A stretch of 64,000 nt of DNA from Candidatus Bathyarchaeota archaeon (GTDB lineage: Archaea; Thermoproteota; Bathyarchaeia; Bathyarchaeales; Bathycorpusculaceae), in NCBI GenBank assembly GCA_963772455.1, contig CAVYXJ010000005.1:83817-147816 (forward strand), in the 5' to 3' direction. How positions within the stretch are numbered: position 1 is the stretch's first letter; every line of letters begins with the position of its first letter. The notes beneath the pieces are model-generated. The model saw nothing but the letters and a program-made list of their open reading frames with translations. It ran no database searches and had not been told where the DNA came from. Position numbers and translations under genes: made by a program. Of the stretch, positions 39,685-49,268 are shown one piece after another.

Positions 39685-40890
39685 TTGAAGCCATTTAGTT
39701 TTGTGCACGCTGCAGATTTGCATTTGGGTTATGCTCAGTACGGTTTAGAGACTAGAAGGCAAGACTTCGACGATGCATTCAAAGAATTAGTAGATAAGAC
39801 AATCGAGTTGAAACCTGACTTTATGATTATTGCAGGTGACCTTTTTCATCAGGCGAGGCCATCTAATCATACCTTAGAAAATACTATTCGAAGTTTTAAA
39901 CGGTTAAAAGATGCGGATATCCCAGTTTTGACTGTAGATGGTTCACATGATTCAGCCCCTAATACAATAACTAGCACGATTCTCTATCCACTTGATAGCG
40001 CAGGTTTAATCATCCATCTTCCGAGGCATCAAGGCGCATGTTGGAGTAAAGAAAATTCATGCTACGTCTACGGGATACCTACCTATCACAATAGGAATAA
40101 AACCCAAGAAGCGCTTCCAAAATTCATGGAGGATAATCCTCCCAAGCCGAAGTCAGGAATTGGCAACATTTTTGTTTTACATGGCGCGCTGGATTTGCCA
40201 GATGTCAAGGGACCTTTTGAAGCGGAAATCTCGCCCGATGAGTTGCCGGGTGGATTTTGTTATTATGCTGCAGGTCACCTCCACAAACAATGTATGAGCA
40301 AACTTAAAGACGGTATCTTAGCATATAGTGGCAGCACCGAAACCGTAAGTTATGACGAAGCCAAGAATATCAAAGGTTTCTACCACGTCAAAGTCGATGA
40401 AAAAGGTCAAGTTAAACCAGAAATAATAGAATTGACTTCACCCCGCAAGTTTATCATTATGGACGAACAGGATTTTACTGGCATGGCTTCAGCCAAGATA
40501 ACTGAATTAGCAATCCAAATGGTAAAGGATTCCGATGAAGAAGGTGCAGTGATTATTCCAGTTCTTAGGGGAACTTTACCTTCTGAAGCAAATCGATCAG
40601 AAATTGATGTTGCAAAAATCCGAAATGCGGGGGAAAAAGCGCTGCTCGTTCACCCAGTTGTTTTGCTTAAGGAGACGGTGGTTTCTGACGAAATTGTACG
40701 TTCAATATTTGAAAGCGGATGCAAAGATTTCAAAACCAAAGCTTTTGAATATTTCCAGCAAATTTTTTCGGAAAGATATGGCAAAGATGAAGCAGAAAAA
40801 ATCGCAAAGGGAGCATTAAATTTAATTGAGCCCTTAACTCGAAAACAGGATGAAAAAGTTAAACAAGCGATCGAGGAACTCGCGAAATGA
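39685..40890 (+). CDS. mre11: DNA double-strand break repair nuclease Mre11
   Basis: ADLHLG, AGDLF, GSHD, HG, GHLH and YSGS; coupled to rad50. Confidence 0.92.
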   Translation: MKPFSFVHAADLHLGYAQYGLETRRQDFDDAFKELVDKTIELKPDFMIIAGDLFHQARPSNHTLENTIRSFKRLKDADIPVLTVDGSHDSAPNTITSTILYPLDSAGLIIHLPRHQGACWSKENSCYVYGIPTYHNRNKTQEALPKFMEDNPPKPKSGIGNIFVLHGALDLPDVKGPFEAEISPDELPGGFCYYAAGHLHKQCMSKLKDGILAYSGSTETVSYDEAKNIKGFYHVKVDEKGQVKPEIIELTSPRKFIIMDEQDFTGMASAKITELAIQMVKDSDEEGAVIIPVLRGTLPSEANRSEIDVAKIRNAGEKALLVHPVVLLKETVVSDEIVRSIFESGCKDFKTKAFEYFQQIFSERYGKDEAEKIAKGALNLIEPLTRKQDEKVKQAIEELAK

Positions 40891-42974
40891 AAATTGAAAT
40901 CGTGCAGTTGGAAAATATCCGCAGTCACGTAAAATCCACTGTACCTTTCACTCGTGGGTTTAATTGTCTTGTAGGCGGTTTAGGCTGTGGCAAGTCCAGC
41001 GTCATGTACGCGGTTGATTTTGCGTTATTTGGAGACTCGATTGGGAGAAGTTTTGAGTATTTGCTCCGTGAAGGCAGCGACTCGGGGAAGGTTACGATTC
41101 AATTCAAGCACAATGGGAGAACATACAAGCTGATTAGAGGATTGAAGAGGAAAGGTAAAAGTATTAACCAAGATTTTGAGGAACTTAAGCTCTTTGAGGA
41201 TGAGAAACTTGTTGCAAGTATGAAAACTGATGCTATCGCTGAGCAGTTAAAGGCAATTACTGGGTTAGATAAGGACCTTTATCGAGAAATCATCTGGTTT
41301 AGACAAGAACATCTCAAAGAACTTTTAGATGCAACTCCGCGGGACAGGCAAAGACGCTTAGATGAGCTTTTTGGATTATCGGATTTTGAAGTTGCATGGA
41401 GCAACATTGCTCAGTATCAACGGGACTATGACACTGAAAAAAGGGTTTATGAAAAAGATCCTGATGTTAACGGTTTGGAAAAACTCAACAACGAATACAA
41501 CAGGGCAGGAGAAGAATTCACTCTATTAGAGATGGATTTGGAGAATTCAAAGCAGAGACTGGCAATTACCAAAAGAGCTTTGGATGAAGCAAACTCCAAA
41601 CTAAAACAGTTAGAAGAGAAAAAACTCGCTATAGAAGAACTAAAACGAAAAGAAGCTCGACTAACCGCTAACATCACCAACATGAACAATACTTTTTCAT
41701 CGCTTAACGAACGTATAGAAGGCAAGAAAAGTATAGTTGACAATTTGTGTCAACGCAAAAATTCACTGGATTCTCAAATAAAAATATGTCTAAATAGACT
41801 TGAGCAAGCAGGATTACCAGTTGATCAATCCATTGAGCAATTAGGTTCTTGTTTAGCTGAGATTGACGATAAAATCAGCAGTTTAAAAGCTGAGCAGGAA
41901 GCTACCTCTCGAAGCATGCAAACTGACCAGAAAAGAGTAGTTCAGTTAGCTGAAGAGAGTAAATGTCCGCTTTGCATTCAACCCTTGGCGGGCGATTACA
42001 AATCAGATATGTTAACGAAAATACAAAAGGAAAACATTGAACGAGAAAAAATAATTAATCAACTTCGAATAGAAGTTACAAATCTGCAAAAAACTAAAGT
42101 TATTGCTTCGGAAGCCTATTCCAGCTTGCAAACTTGTGCAACTCGTAACGCGGATTTGAAAATAAGAATAATTGAAGAAGGAAACAACCTCACCACCCTT
42201 TCAAGCGAACTTGATGAAAAAAAGAAATTTGATGCTGATATGCGTTCGCAATTAGACATTGTGGAACTTGAAATCGAAAAATTTAACCTCTCAGACCTCG
42301 ATGCAGCTCGCATGCAAAGAGAACATACTTTTAAGCAATTTTATGTTTTGGAATCGGATTTACGCACAAAAGAGAATCGCAAAAAAGACCTATCTCAACG
42401 TTTAGATGACACCAAAGAAAGAATAGACATTGCACAGGAAAAAATTGAACGAATGGAGAAAATCGGAAAAACCGTTGAAATCCTCGGGGCGATCAGGGAT
42501 GCTTATCGCAGCATTCAACCTAAACTAAGAAGTGAGTTTGTAAAGGTTTTACGCAATTTTGTTCAGCAGGTGCTTGATAGTTTAGTTGGTGGGGAAGGAC
42601 CAATGTTGAATGTGGTTATCGATGAAACTTATTCTCCATACGTGAAAAGTGAGACAGGCGTGGACCGGGAAGTTTGTAACCTCTCAGGCGGAGAAAGGAC
42701 TTTGCTTGCGTTTGCTTATCGACTAGGGCTGGGGCAAATTATTATGCAATCACGAACGGGTCACGGCTTGGGGATGCTAATGCTTGATGAACCTACAGAA
42801 AACTTGGGCAGCGAAGATGGCAGCATAGAGCGGTTAGCTGAAGCCATTAGCCGGTTTAAAGCAATTGAACAAATCATTGCGGTAACTCATAGTGAAGCTT
42901 TCGCAGGTAAAGCTGACCACGTTATAACTCTAGAGAAAGAAGCTGGTGCAAGTAAAATATCCATCGAGCGCTAA
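40887..42974 (+). CDS. rad50: DNA double-strand break repair ATPase Rad50
   Basis: NIRSH, Walker A GKSS, coiled coil with CPLC zinc hook, LSGGE, LDEPT and VTH. Confidence 0.92.
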   Translation: MKIEIVQLENIRSHVKSTVPFTRGFNCLVGGLGCGKSSVMYAVDFALFGDSIGRSFEYLLREGSDSGKVTIQFKHNGRTYKLIRGLKRKGKSINQDFEELKLFEDEKLVASMKTDAIAEQLKAITGLDKDLYREIIWFRQEHLKELLDATPRDRQRRLDELFGLSDFEVAWSNIAQYQRDYDTEKRVYEKDPDVNGLEKLNNEYNRAGEEFTLLEMDLENSKQRLAITKRALDEANSKLKQLEEKKLAIEELKRKEARLTANITNMNNTFSSLNERIEGKKSIVDNLCQRKNSLDSQIKICLNRLEQAGLPVDQSIEQLGSCLAEIDDKISSLKAEQEATSRSMQTDQKRVVQLAEESKCPLCIQPLAGDYKSDMLTKIQKENIEREKIINQLRIEVTNLQKTKVIASEAYSSLQTCATRNADLKIRIIEEGNNLTTLSSELDEKKKFDADMRSQLDIVELEIEKFNLSDLDAARMQREHTFKQFYVLESDLRTKENRKKDLSQRLDDTKERIDIAQEKIERMEKIGKTVEILGAIRDAYRSIQPKLRSEFVKVLRNFVQQVLDSLVGGEGPMLNVVIDETYSPYVKSETGVDREVCNLSGGERTLLAFAYRLGLGQIIMQSRTGHGLGMLMLDEPTENLGSEDGSIERLAEAISRFKAIEQIIAVTHSEAFAGKADHVITLEKEAGASKISIER

Positions 42975-43035
42975 ATTGTGCTAGCGCCTCAAGTGGAATA
43001 CTACATTTAACTTTTAGATGTTGTGAGTTTTGAGA

Positions 43036-43758
43036 TTAAACTAAAGAATAGATAATAATCGCTATGCCAAAAATGATGCTTGCTGAACCTGTGAGAGCCT
43101 TAATTATTTTGTGCACTTTCTCCAAATTTGAAGCTGTATAAGCGATAACCGACCCAACTATGCATGCAATGCCCACCATTCCTAAGATTACGCCTACCCC
43201 AAAAAAGAAGATGAAGACTGTTCCTATCGTAAGTGAGTTAACTGTTGACAGTGTAACCAGCATTAAGGCTGCGCTGCCTCCGAGTCCTTGAATTGCGCCT
43301 GTGATTGCTGATTTGTGTAGATGCGTGTGAGAATGTTCGTGTTCATTGGTATCGTGTTTGTTGTTATGTTTGTGAGTGTGGGAATGCGGATGTGTATGTG
43401 AATGGCTTTGTTCATGTGCTGCTTGATGAATGCTGTTTCTTTCGGTGATTAATGGCCTAACTACAAGTACTCCTAAAATTATCAGCAGAACTCCAGCGGC
43501 GCAATCAAACAATTTTAGAACAGTTTGTGGTATTGCAACGCTAAATGTAAGCACCAACAACCCAATTGCTAATAGTACTACTGAATGGCCAATTCCCCAG
43601 ACTGTGGCTGAAGTGATGCATTTACGTAGACTTTTATTATTGCATACTAATGCGGATACTGCCACAACGTGATCTGGGTCTAATGAATGCCCCAAACCCA
43701 AGCCTAATCCCGTAAGTAGGATAAAGATTATCGACAGATCCACGCCAATGCATACCAA
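43036..43758 (-). CDS. UreH/NiCoT-like Ni/Co permease with His-rich loop
   Basis: GHSLDPDH, WGIGHS, HSHTHPHSHTHKH loop and about six TM helices. Confidence 0.8.
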   Translation of the reverse strand: MVCIGVDLSIIFILLTGLGLGLGHSLDPDHVVAVSALVCNNKSLRKCITSATVWGIGHSVVLLAIGLLVLTFSVAIPQTVLKLFDCAAGVLLIILGVLVVRPLITERNSIHQAAHEQSHSHTHPHSHTHKHNNKHDTNEHEHSHTHLHKSAITGAIQGLGGSAALMLVTLSTVNSLTIGTVFIFFFGVGVILGMVGIACIVGSVIAYTASNLEKVHKIIKALTGSASIIFGIAIIIYSLV

Positions 43759-43814
43759 TTAATCAAATAGTAATACTTTTCCATACGGTAACGCGAATAT
43801 TATCGCTTATTAAA

Positions 43815-44918
43815 TCATTTTTGTTTATTTGCAGTTTTAACGATAGCTTCCAAAACGCATTTTGTAAAAGGCCCTAATTGTGGCTGGTCTTCGGATTTTG
43901 ATTTATTTAAGGCAGATGTTAAAGTAGCATCGGAGGCACACTTCAATGTTGTTTTAACAATTTCTTCAAACAATATTGAGTCTACTGAATTGCCATTTTT
44001 TTCGGGAATTAATCCTTTTAATAAATCTTCGTCAAGCCTAAGAGTTGCAATTACAAGCCTTGCAATTTTGTCATCCAAGAGGATTAATTCAAACTGTTTT
44101 TCGAGTTGTTTGTACCTTGGGCTTTCCTTAGCTATTTTGCTGTCAAAAACCTGAGATATTATAGTTTCAAATGATAGGCGTCTATCTGCCAATCTTTCAA
44201 CAAGTGTTCTTTTTGAGGAAATGTTCTCTTGTTTAAAAATGGCTATTTTTACTCCCTCTCGAACACACTTTCCAATTAACTCACCAAGAATCGTGAATGT
44301 CCCAGCGTACTGTATTGACTCGCCTCTTTTGGTGCATCCAACTGCAACGCTATCTGTCAAGGTCCCAGTTGCTAGGTCTCCTGAAAAACGACTTCTGATG
44401 TCTAATTCTCTAAGGGCAACAGTTTTGGCTTCAGTTGCTGTTTTAATTACTTCAACCATGCAAGCCTCAGTTAAATTTCCATCAACTATCACTACAACAT
44501 TTATTGTCCCAATCTTTGGAAGTTGTCTACTCTTTGAAGCCGCGGGTTCACCAGCTGTTACAGCTACGGTGGCTCCCGCAGTCACAAAAACAGTTAAAGT
44601 AACGTCATCATATTTTTCAGTGAAGTATACCAAGTTTTTCATTTTGGCTGCAGTCATCAACCCGACCACTTTTTCGTTTGGAAGTTGCAGTTCTTGTGCA
44701 GCTTTAACTAAGAAGTCTTCAGGACCACTCCAATGCATGTCACTCTTGTTGCTTCCGCTGCCTTCTGGAACTTGAACGTTAATTATTCCATTTGCCTCAA
44801 CCAAGCCTCCATTCAAAAGGGCAGAACTGAGTATCTTCAAAGGAGTCTTAGACCAAATAACAAGGGTTTGATTCTTGACTTCGGCGTCAATGTTTTCGAT
44901 TTCAACGTTCAATTTCAT
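43815..44918 (-). CDS. cbiZ: Adenosylcobinamide amidohydrolase CbiZ with C-terminal extension
   Basis: LSSA, GLMTAA, VTAG, GTINV, TATEAK and ATGTLTD. Confidence 0.88.
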   Translation of the reverse strand: MKLNVEIENIDAEVKNQTLVIWSKTPLKILSSALLNGGLVEANGIINVQVPEGSGSNKSDMHWSGPEDFLVKAAQELQLPNEKVVGLMTAAKMKNLVYFTEKYDDVTLTVFVTAGATVAVTAGEPAASKSRQLPKIGTINVVVIVDGNLTEACMVEVIKTATEAKTVALRELDIRSRFSGDLATGTLTDSVAVGCTKRGESIQYAGTFTILGELIGKCVREGVKIAIFKQENISSKRTLVERLADRRLSFETIISQVFDSKIAKESPRYKQLEKQFELILLDDKIARLVIATLRLDEDLLKGLIPEKNGNSVDSILFEEIVKTTLKCASDATLTSALNKSKSEDQPQLGPFTKCVLEAIVKTANKQK

Positions 44919-45026
44919 AGGGTAACCCTTCAGTTAAATTTTGAATGATGTTAATTTTTTGGTTATTTAAGCCTTGGCTTAGATTGCTTACAGTCATCTG
45001 GAAACCAGAAATTTTTGTAAATATTG

Positions 45027-45659
45027 CTAATCTATTAAGAGTAAGGCAAAAGTTTCAGGATTCTTGTTAAAAGGTAAAGTGAATTTTATGCCAGCTTTCT
45101 CAGCAGTCGCTTTAACGTTAACTCCGACGCCTTCTTGGGAATATCTCTTCATTTCCGGATGGATACAGATTCCTTTTTCCACATTGCATTTTTCACACAA
45201 CTGACAAGTCCCCGAAACTAAACCTACAGCAAGCAAATATCCTTCGTTTGCAGCTGCTTTCTCGAGTTTATGAACAGTCTCAAGTAATTTTTTCATCTCA
45301 GCTTTCCACCCCAACCAAAACTTATCGACTTTTTCCTTCATGTCTTCAGGAATAGAGTGGGCACCAGTTTTTGAAAGATATTTGATTAATTCTGAATCAC
45401 CCTCAACCTGTGTTCTAAATTTCATAAAGAGGGCATAGTGGTATTCGCTTACGATTTTTCGAAATTCATTTGGTGTTGGAGCGTGAGGGGGGCATGCTAA
45501 TGTTTTTCCATATTTTTCACAGCCAAGTTTGCATTTGAAAACAACACGGTCTTCGATGACAATTTTTTCGACTTGAATTATCTTCGCTTCTGCAGCACCT
45601 AAGTCCATTACCTGTTTTCTAAGAAAATCAAGCGATTTTATTTTGTCAGCTTTTTTCAT
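45027..45659 (-). CDS. DUF2284 family Cys-rich (predicted metal-binding) protein
   Basis: KCKLGCEKYG..LACPP; GTCQLCEKC...CIHP...SQEGVGVNV. Confidence 0.85.
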   Translation of the reverse strand: MKKADKIKSLDFLRKQVMDLGAAEAKIIQVEKIVIEDRVVFKCKLGCEKYGKTLACPPHAPTPNEFRKIVSEYHYALFMKFRTQVEGDSELIKYLSKTGAHSIPEDMKEKVDKFWLGWKAEMKKLLETVHKLEKAAANEGYLLAVGLVSGTCQLCEKCNVEKGICIHPEMKRYSQEGVGVNVKATAEKAGIKFTLPFNKNPETFALLLID

Positions 45660-46786
45660 TCTATTTCACGTTCAGGTTTTTTCAATTTTCTGCCTGATGT
45701 TTTGGGTTGGTAAAGGCATGCTGGGTCTTGGTTTAGGCTATCTTTGCTGTATATGTAGGCTCGTGCTCTGCAGCCACCGCAAATGATTTTGAATTCGCAG
45801 ATACCACATTTGCCTTTGAGGTTGTTGCGGTCTGCAAGTTTTTTCAGTTTTTCCGATTTGGGCATTCGATTCATAATTTGTTGAATGCTATCAGTTCTAA
45901 TGTCTCCAAATTCTAAGCCAAGTGGTGCACAGGCATAGGCTTTTCCATCTTCGAGAATTTCCAGCCATTCGTATTTCTTAAGGTTATCACACATACTACA
46001 TGTACTTCTTAGTTCACGCGAAGGCTCCTTGGTTTTCAGCAAACGGTTGTTGAACATTTCGTAGGGAACTATGAGGATTTTTTCTTGGACTTTCTTGCTA
46101 AGATCATAGATTTCGTTTAGTTGGTCTTCTCTTTGTTGTGGTGTTGGCTCTAGTGAACCGAGCAGCTTCAATTGATTTTCAACATCTATGGGTTGAGGAA
46201 TTAATGATGCTAGATGGAAACTTTTTGCGCCCAAATCAATTGCAAGTTGAACTAAAGCTGAAATTTGATTAGCTACAAATTTTGTGTTAATCACACTCAT
46301 GGCAAAAGGAATATCAAATTCCTTGCATAATTTGCAAGCGTCTATACTATCTTTGAATGCCCCTTCCCCGCGAAGTTTATCATCAGTTTCCTTTAACCCC
46401 GCGAAGCATATGATAGCCTTGCAATTCGCTGCGGCTAATTCTTTTGCGACTTGGTTATTGAAATGCCAACCTGTAACTTTCACATAAGGAGACATCTTCA
46501 ACTCAGCAACGTATTGAATGAGTTCTATGAAGTCCTTACGCATCAGCGGCTCGCCTGTCCAGCCAGCTCCAGAAATGAAAAGGTTATCTACTCCAAAATC
46601 CGCAGCTTTCTTTAGCATAACTTTTGCTTCCTCGGTTGTTAGTTCGTTGGAAAGGGGTTTTCCATCTCCAAGAGAAAAAGCGTGCTTAACAGGATAAGCC
46701 CGGGTGCAAGACCAAATGAAGTGGTCTAGTTTGTTGCCATGTTTTTCGGAACCGAAAAGTTGTTTCTTATTTTCTTTAATAGACAC
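45656..46786 (-). CDS. Radical SAM/SPASM-fold protein (NirJ/Ahb-like) lacking CxxxCxxC
   Basis: ELTTEEA, GEPLMRKD, DKLRG.GAF and SPASM KCGICEFKIICGGCRARAY...DPAC; the SAM-cluster cysteines are absent. Confidence 0.8.
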   Translation of the reverse strand: MSIKENKKQLFGSEKHGNKLDHFIWSCTRAYPVKHAFSLGDGKPLSNELTTEEAKVMLKKAADFGVDNLFISGAGWTGEPLMRKDFIELIQYVAELKMSPYVKVTGWHFNNQVAKELAAANCKAIICFAGLKETDDKLRGEGAFKDSIDACKLCKEFDIPFAMSVINTKFVANQISALVQLAIDLGAKSFHLASLIPQPIDVENQLKLLGSLEPTPQQREDQLNEIYDLSKKVQEKILIVPYEMFNNRLLKTKEPSRELRSTCSMCDNLKKYEWLEILEDGKAYACAPLGLEFGDIRTDSIQQIMNRMPKSEKLKKLADRNNLKGKCGICEFKIICGGCRARAYIYSKDSLNQDPACLYQPKTSGRKLKKPEREIE

Positions 46787-48147
46787 TAAACATCATCTTC
46801 GCCATCTGAGGTTTTTCTAATTGATTTGAGCTGGTTCTTCATGTGGCCTGGAATCTCAGATTGTGCGTGCTTGCGTAATTCAATCCTGTCATGGGTTGCA
46901 TTTACGAGCGTGGGTAATTCGGAAGGATGTTTGATGAAAATTGCTCCAGATTTCCTTAGTTCTGCCATAAAAGCAGTTGCTATTCCAGAGGTAAAATCTC
47001 GACTTTCCATTGGCACTTCATCGATAACATATGTGCGGATACCCCGTTTTACTGCCTCAAGTGCCGTTTCCAGATTAGAGAGATTTCCATAACCAAAGGG
47101 AACTGATGTCACCACTACTATAGCGGATTTAAATATCATTTCCGAGAGCGCCCTCTTTGATTCCTCGGATATAGGTGAGAAAGGTGCCTCACTTACTGTT
47201 GGAATTTTAAGAAGCTCAGCGGTTTCATAATCTGTGTCCAACATGTTGAGAACACCAGCAGTCACTTCATAGCCTTCATCGACTAAAGCTTTCATCACAA
47301 CGGTTCCTGTTCCGGCTCCCGCAATAATGTGAATAGCACAGTTTCGAGGTACAGAAGATTTCTGAGGGCTGAGAGGAATTACAAATAGAGAGTTTGTTAC
47401 AAGGCTTTTCTTTACAATCGCGTCAACGTGGAAAACAGCTTTAATATTCTCACTTGTTAGGACATTTTCTACAGCTCCAGCTGCAAATATTGTCGCTCCC
47501 TTAAGTAAGAGAATTGAGCTGCAATAACGTGCTGCCAAGTTTAAGTCGTGAATTACGGCTAAAACGATCAAGTGTTCTTCAATGCAAAGTTCCTTCACTA
47601 GATCCATGATTTCCAACTGATTAATCATGTCTAGATGAGTGAGTGGTTCATCGAGCAACAGAACTTTTGGCTCTTGTGCTAGGGCACGGGCGATTACGAC
47701 ACGTTGCTTTTCTCCACCGCTTAATTCGTTTATTGGGCGGTCAGCTAAATGCCAAGTGTTTGTTCGGTTCATAGCTTTCCTGACGATGGTTAAATCTGAC
47801 TCTGATTCCATTTGGAACCTTTTCATGTGGGGATTTCGCCCCATCAATACTATGTCTAACGCGCTAAAACTGAAACCTATGTTGCTTTCCTGTGGGACAA
47901 TTGCCATTCGTTTGGCAAGGTCCATGCTTTTAATGTCGTAAATATCGGTTTTATCGAGAATTATAGTTCCTTTGTAGGGCTTGAGAGTTCGACTGATGCT
48001 TTTTAGAAGCGTTGTCTTTCCTGAGCCGTTAGGTCCAATTATTCCAACGAAATCGCCTTCTTTAACTGTGAAGCTGACATTTTCCAAAATCTTTATTGAA
48101 CCATAGCGGCATTCGACTCCATCCACACTAAGTACTACCATGTCCAA
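46786..48147 (-). CDS. btuD: Cobalamin/Fe-complex ABC transporter ATPase with C-terminal extension
   Basis: GPNGSGKTT, LSGGE, LLLDEP and HDLN; about 190-aa C-terminal extension. Confidence 0.85.
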   Translation of the reverse strand: MDMVVLSVDGVECRYGSIKILENVSFTVKEGDFVGIIGPNGSGKTTLLKSISRTLKPYKGTIILDKTDIYDIKSMDLAKRMAIVPQESNIGFSFSALDIVLMGRNPHMKRFQMESESDLTIVRKAMNRTNTWHLADRPINELSGGEKQRVVIARALAQEPKVLLLDEPLTHLDMINQLEIMDLVKELCIEEHLIVLAVIHDLNLAARYCSSILLLKGATIFAAGAVENVLTSENIKAVFHVDAIVKKSLVTNSLFVIPLSPQKSSVPRNCAIHIIAGAGTGTVVMKALVDEGYEVTAGVLNMLDTDYETAELLKIPTVSEAPFSPISEESKRALSEMIFKSAIVVVTSVPFGYGNLSNLETALEAVKRGIRTYVIDEVPMESRDFTSGIATAFMAELRKSGAIFIKHPSELPTLVNATHDRIELRKHAQSEIPGHMKNQLKSIRKTSDGEDDV

Positions 48148-48157
48148 TCAGCGCATC

Positions 48158-49240
48158 CTACAGTGAGTAACTTGTCTTCCTTTTTCTTAGCAAGTAGATA
48201 AAGAATGGGGTTCCTGCTAAAGCAGTTATAACTCCTACTGGTAATTCTGATGCCCCTGTAGCTACCCGAGCGACGGAATCGCATAGAATGAGGAATATGG
48301 CACCAACAATCGCTGATGTGGGCAATAGAATCCTGTGGTCAGGTCCAATTACCAGCCTTGTCATGTGGGGAATTATAAGACCAACGAATCCAATAATTCC
48401 GCTTATGGAAACTACAGCGCCTGTTATCAATGAGCCTATGAGGAGAAGTATTTGACGTACTCTTTCAGTGTTTACTCCTAAATGTTGAGCCGTGTCATCT
48501 CCCATGGATAACATATTGAGGTCTTTTGTAAAGAAATATGCAACAACTGTTCCTACTAAAACAAATGGAAAAACAATGTAAATATGAGTCCACGTAATGT
48601 TGGAGAATCCTCCAGCAATCCAAGCGACAATGCCTATCAAAGCTTTACCTGAACGTAACTCGAATACAGTTTGCAAAGCCAAAATAAAAATGTTAACAAC
48701 TATACCTGACAACAAAAGTGTGGTTATTGGCACTTTGTTTCCTACGCGTGACATAAAATACACTATAAAGACCGTTAAAACTGCACCTAAGAAAGCGACT
48801 ATTTGAAAAAGTCCAAGGCCAAAAAAATTAAGGATCAAAGAGCCGGCATACAAAGTAGCTAAAGTGTAGCCAAAAGAAGCTCCTGCTGAAGCGCCTAAAA
48901 GGTAAGAATCTGCCATTGGGTTTCTAAAAACACCTTGATACATAACGCCGGCGGCTGCCAATCCAGCACCAACTAACGCTCCTGCAAGTATACGCGGTAA
49001 TCGAATTTGGATGATAATTGCTTCGTTTACGTTAGAAATTGTTGATGAGTCTACATAGTTATTAAGGAAGGGAATTTGTTTGCCCAATATTGTAAGGATG
49101 TCTGAGAAGTTGATGGGTGCGAAGCCTATGTTTAAGCAGAGAATAACAACAACTACAAGTGTTACAATTAATAGTAATAAGATTAACTTCCATCTGGAAG
49201 ATCGTTTTGAATATTTTTCTTTTACTTTATCGGTAGTCAT
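48158..49240 (-). CDS. btuC: Cobalamin/Fe-complex ABC transporter permease (FecCD/BtuC)
   Basis: IRLPR, FRNPMAD, GDDTAQHLGV, IGFVGLIIPH and ELPVG. Confidence 0.88.
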   Translation of the reverse strand: MTTDKVKEKYSKRSSRWKLILLLLIVTLVVVVILCLNIGFAPINFSDILTILGKQIPFLNNYVDSSTISNVNEAIIIQIRLPRILAGALVGAGLAAAGVMYQGVFRNPMADSYLLGASAGASFGYTLATLYAGSLILNFFGLGLFQIVAFLGAVLTVFIVYFMSRVGNKVPITTLLLSGIVVNIFILALQTVFELRSGKALIGIVAWIAGGFSNITWTHIYIVFPFVLVGTVVAYFFTKDLNMLSMGDDTAQHLGVNTERVRQILLLIGSLITGAVVSISGIIGFVGLIIPHMTRLVIGPDHRILLPTSAIVGAIFLILCDSVARVATGASELPVGVITALAGTPFFIYLLRKRKTSYSL

Positions 49241-49268
49241 ATCTTAACCAAAAAAAAGGTTAGGGAAG

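Noticed and set aside
43310-43430. Repetitive TGTG/GTGA-rich tract
   Set aside because: Encodes the His-rich loop of the permease; not a DNA repeat or CRISPR array.
43765-43805. Possible NikR site (GTAATA...TATTAT) upstream of the Ni/Co permease
   Set aside because: The 22-nt spacer does not fit the NikR operators I know, and AT-rich half-sites arise easily by chance.
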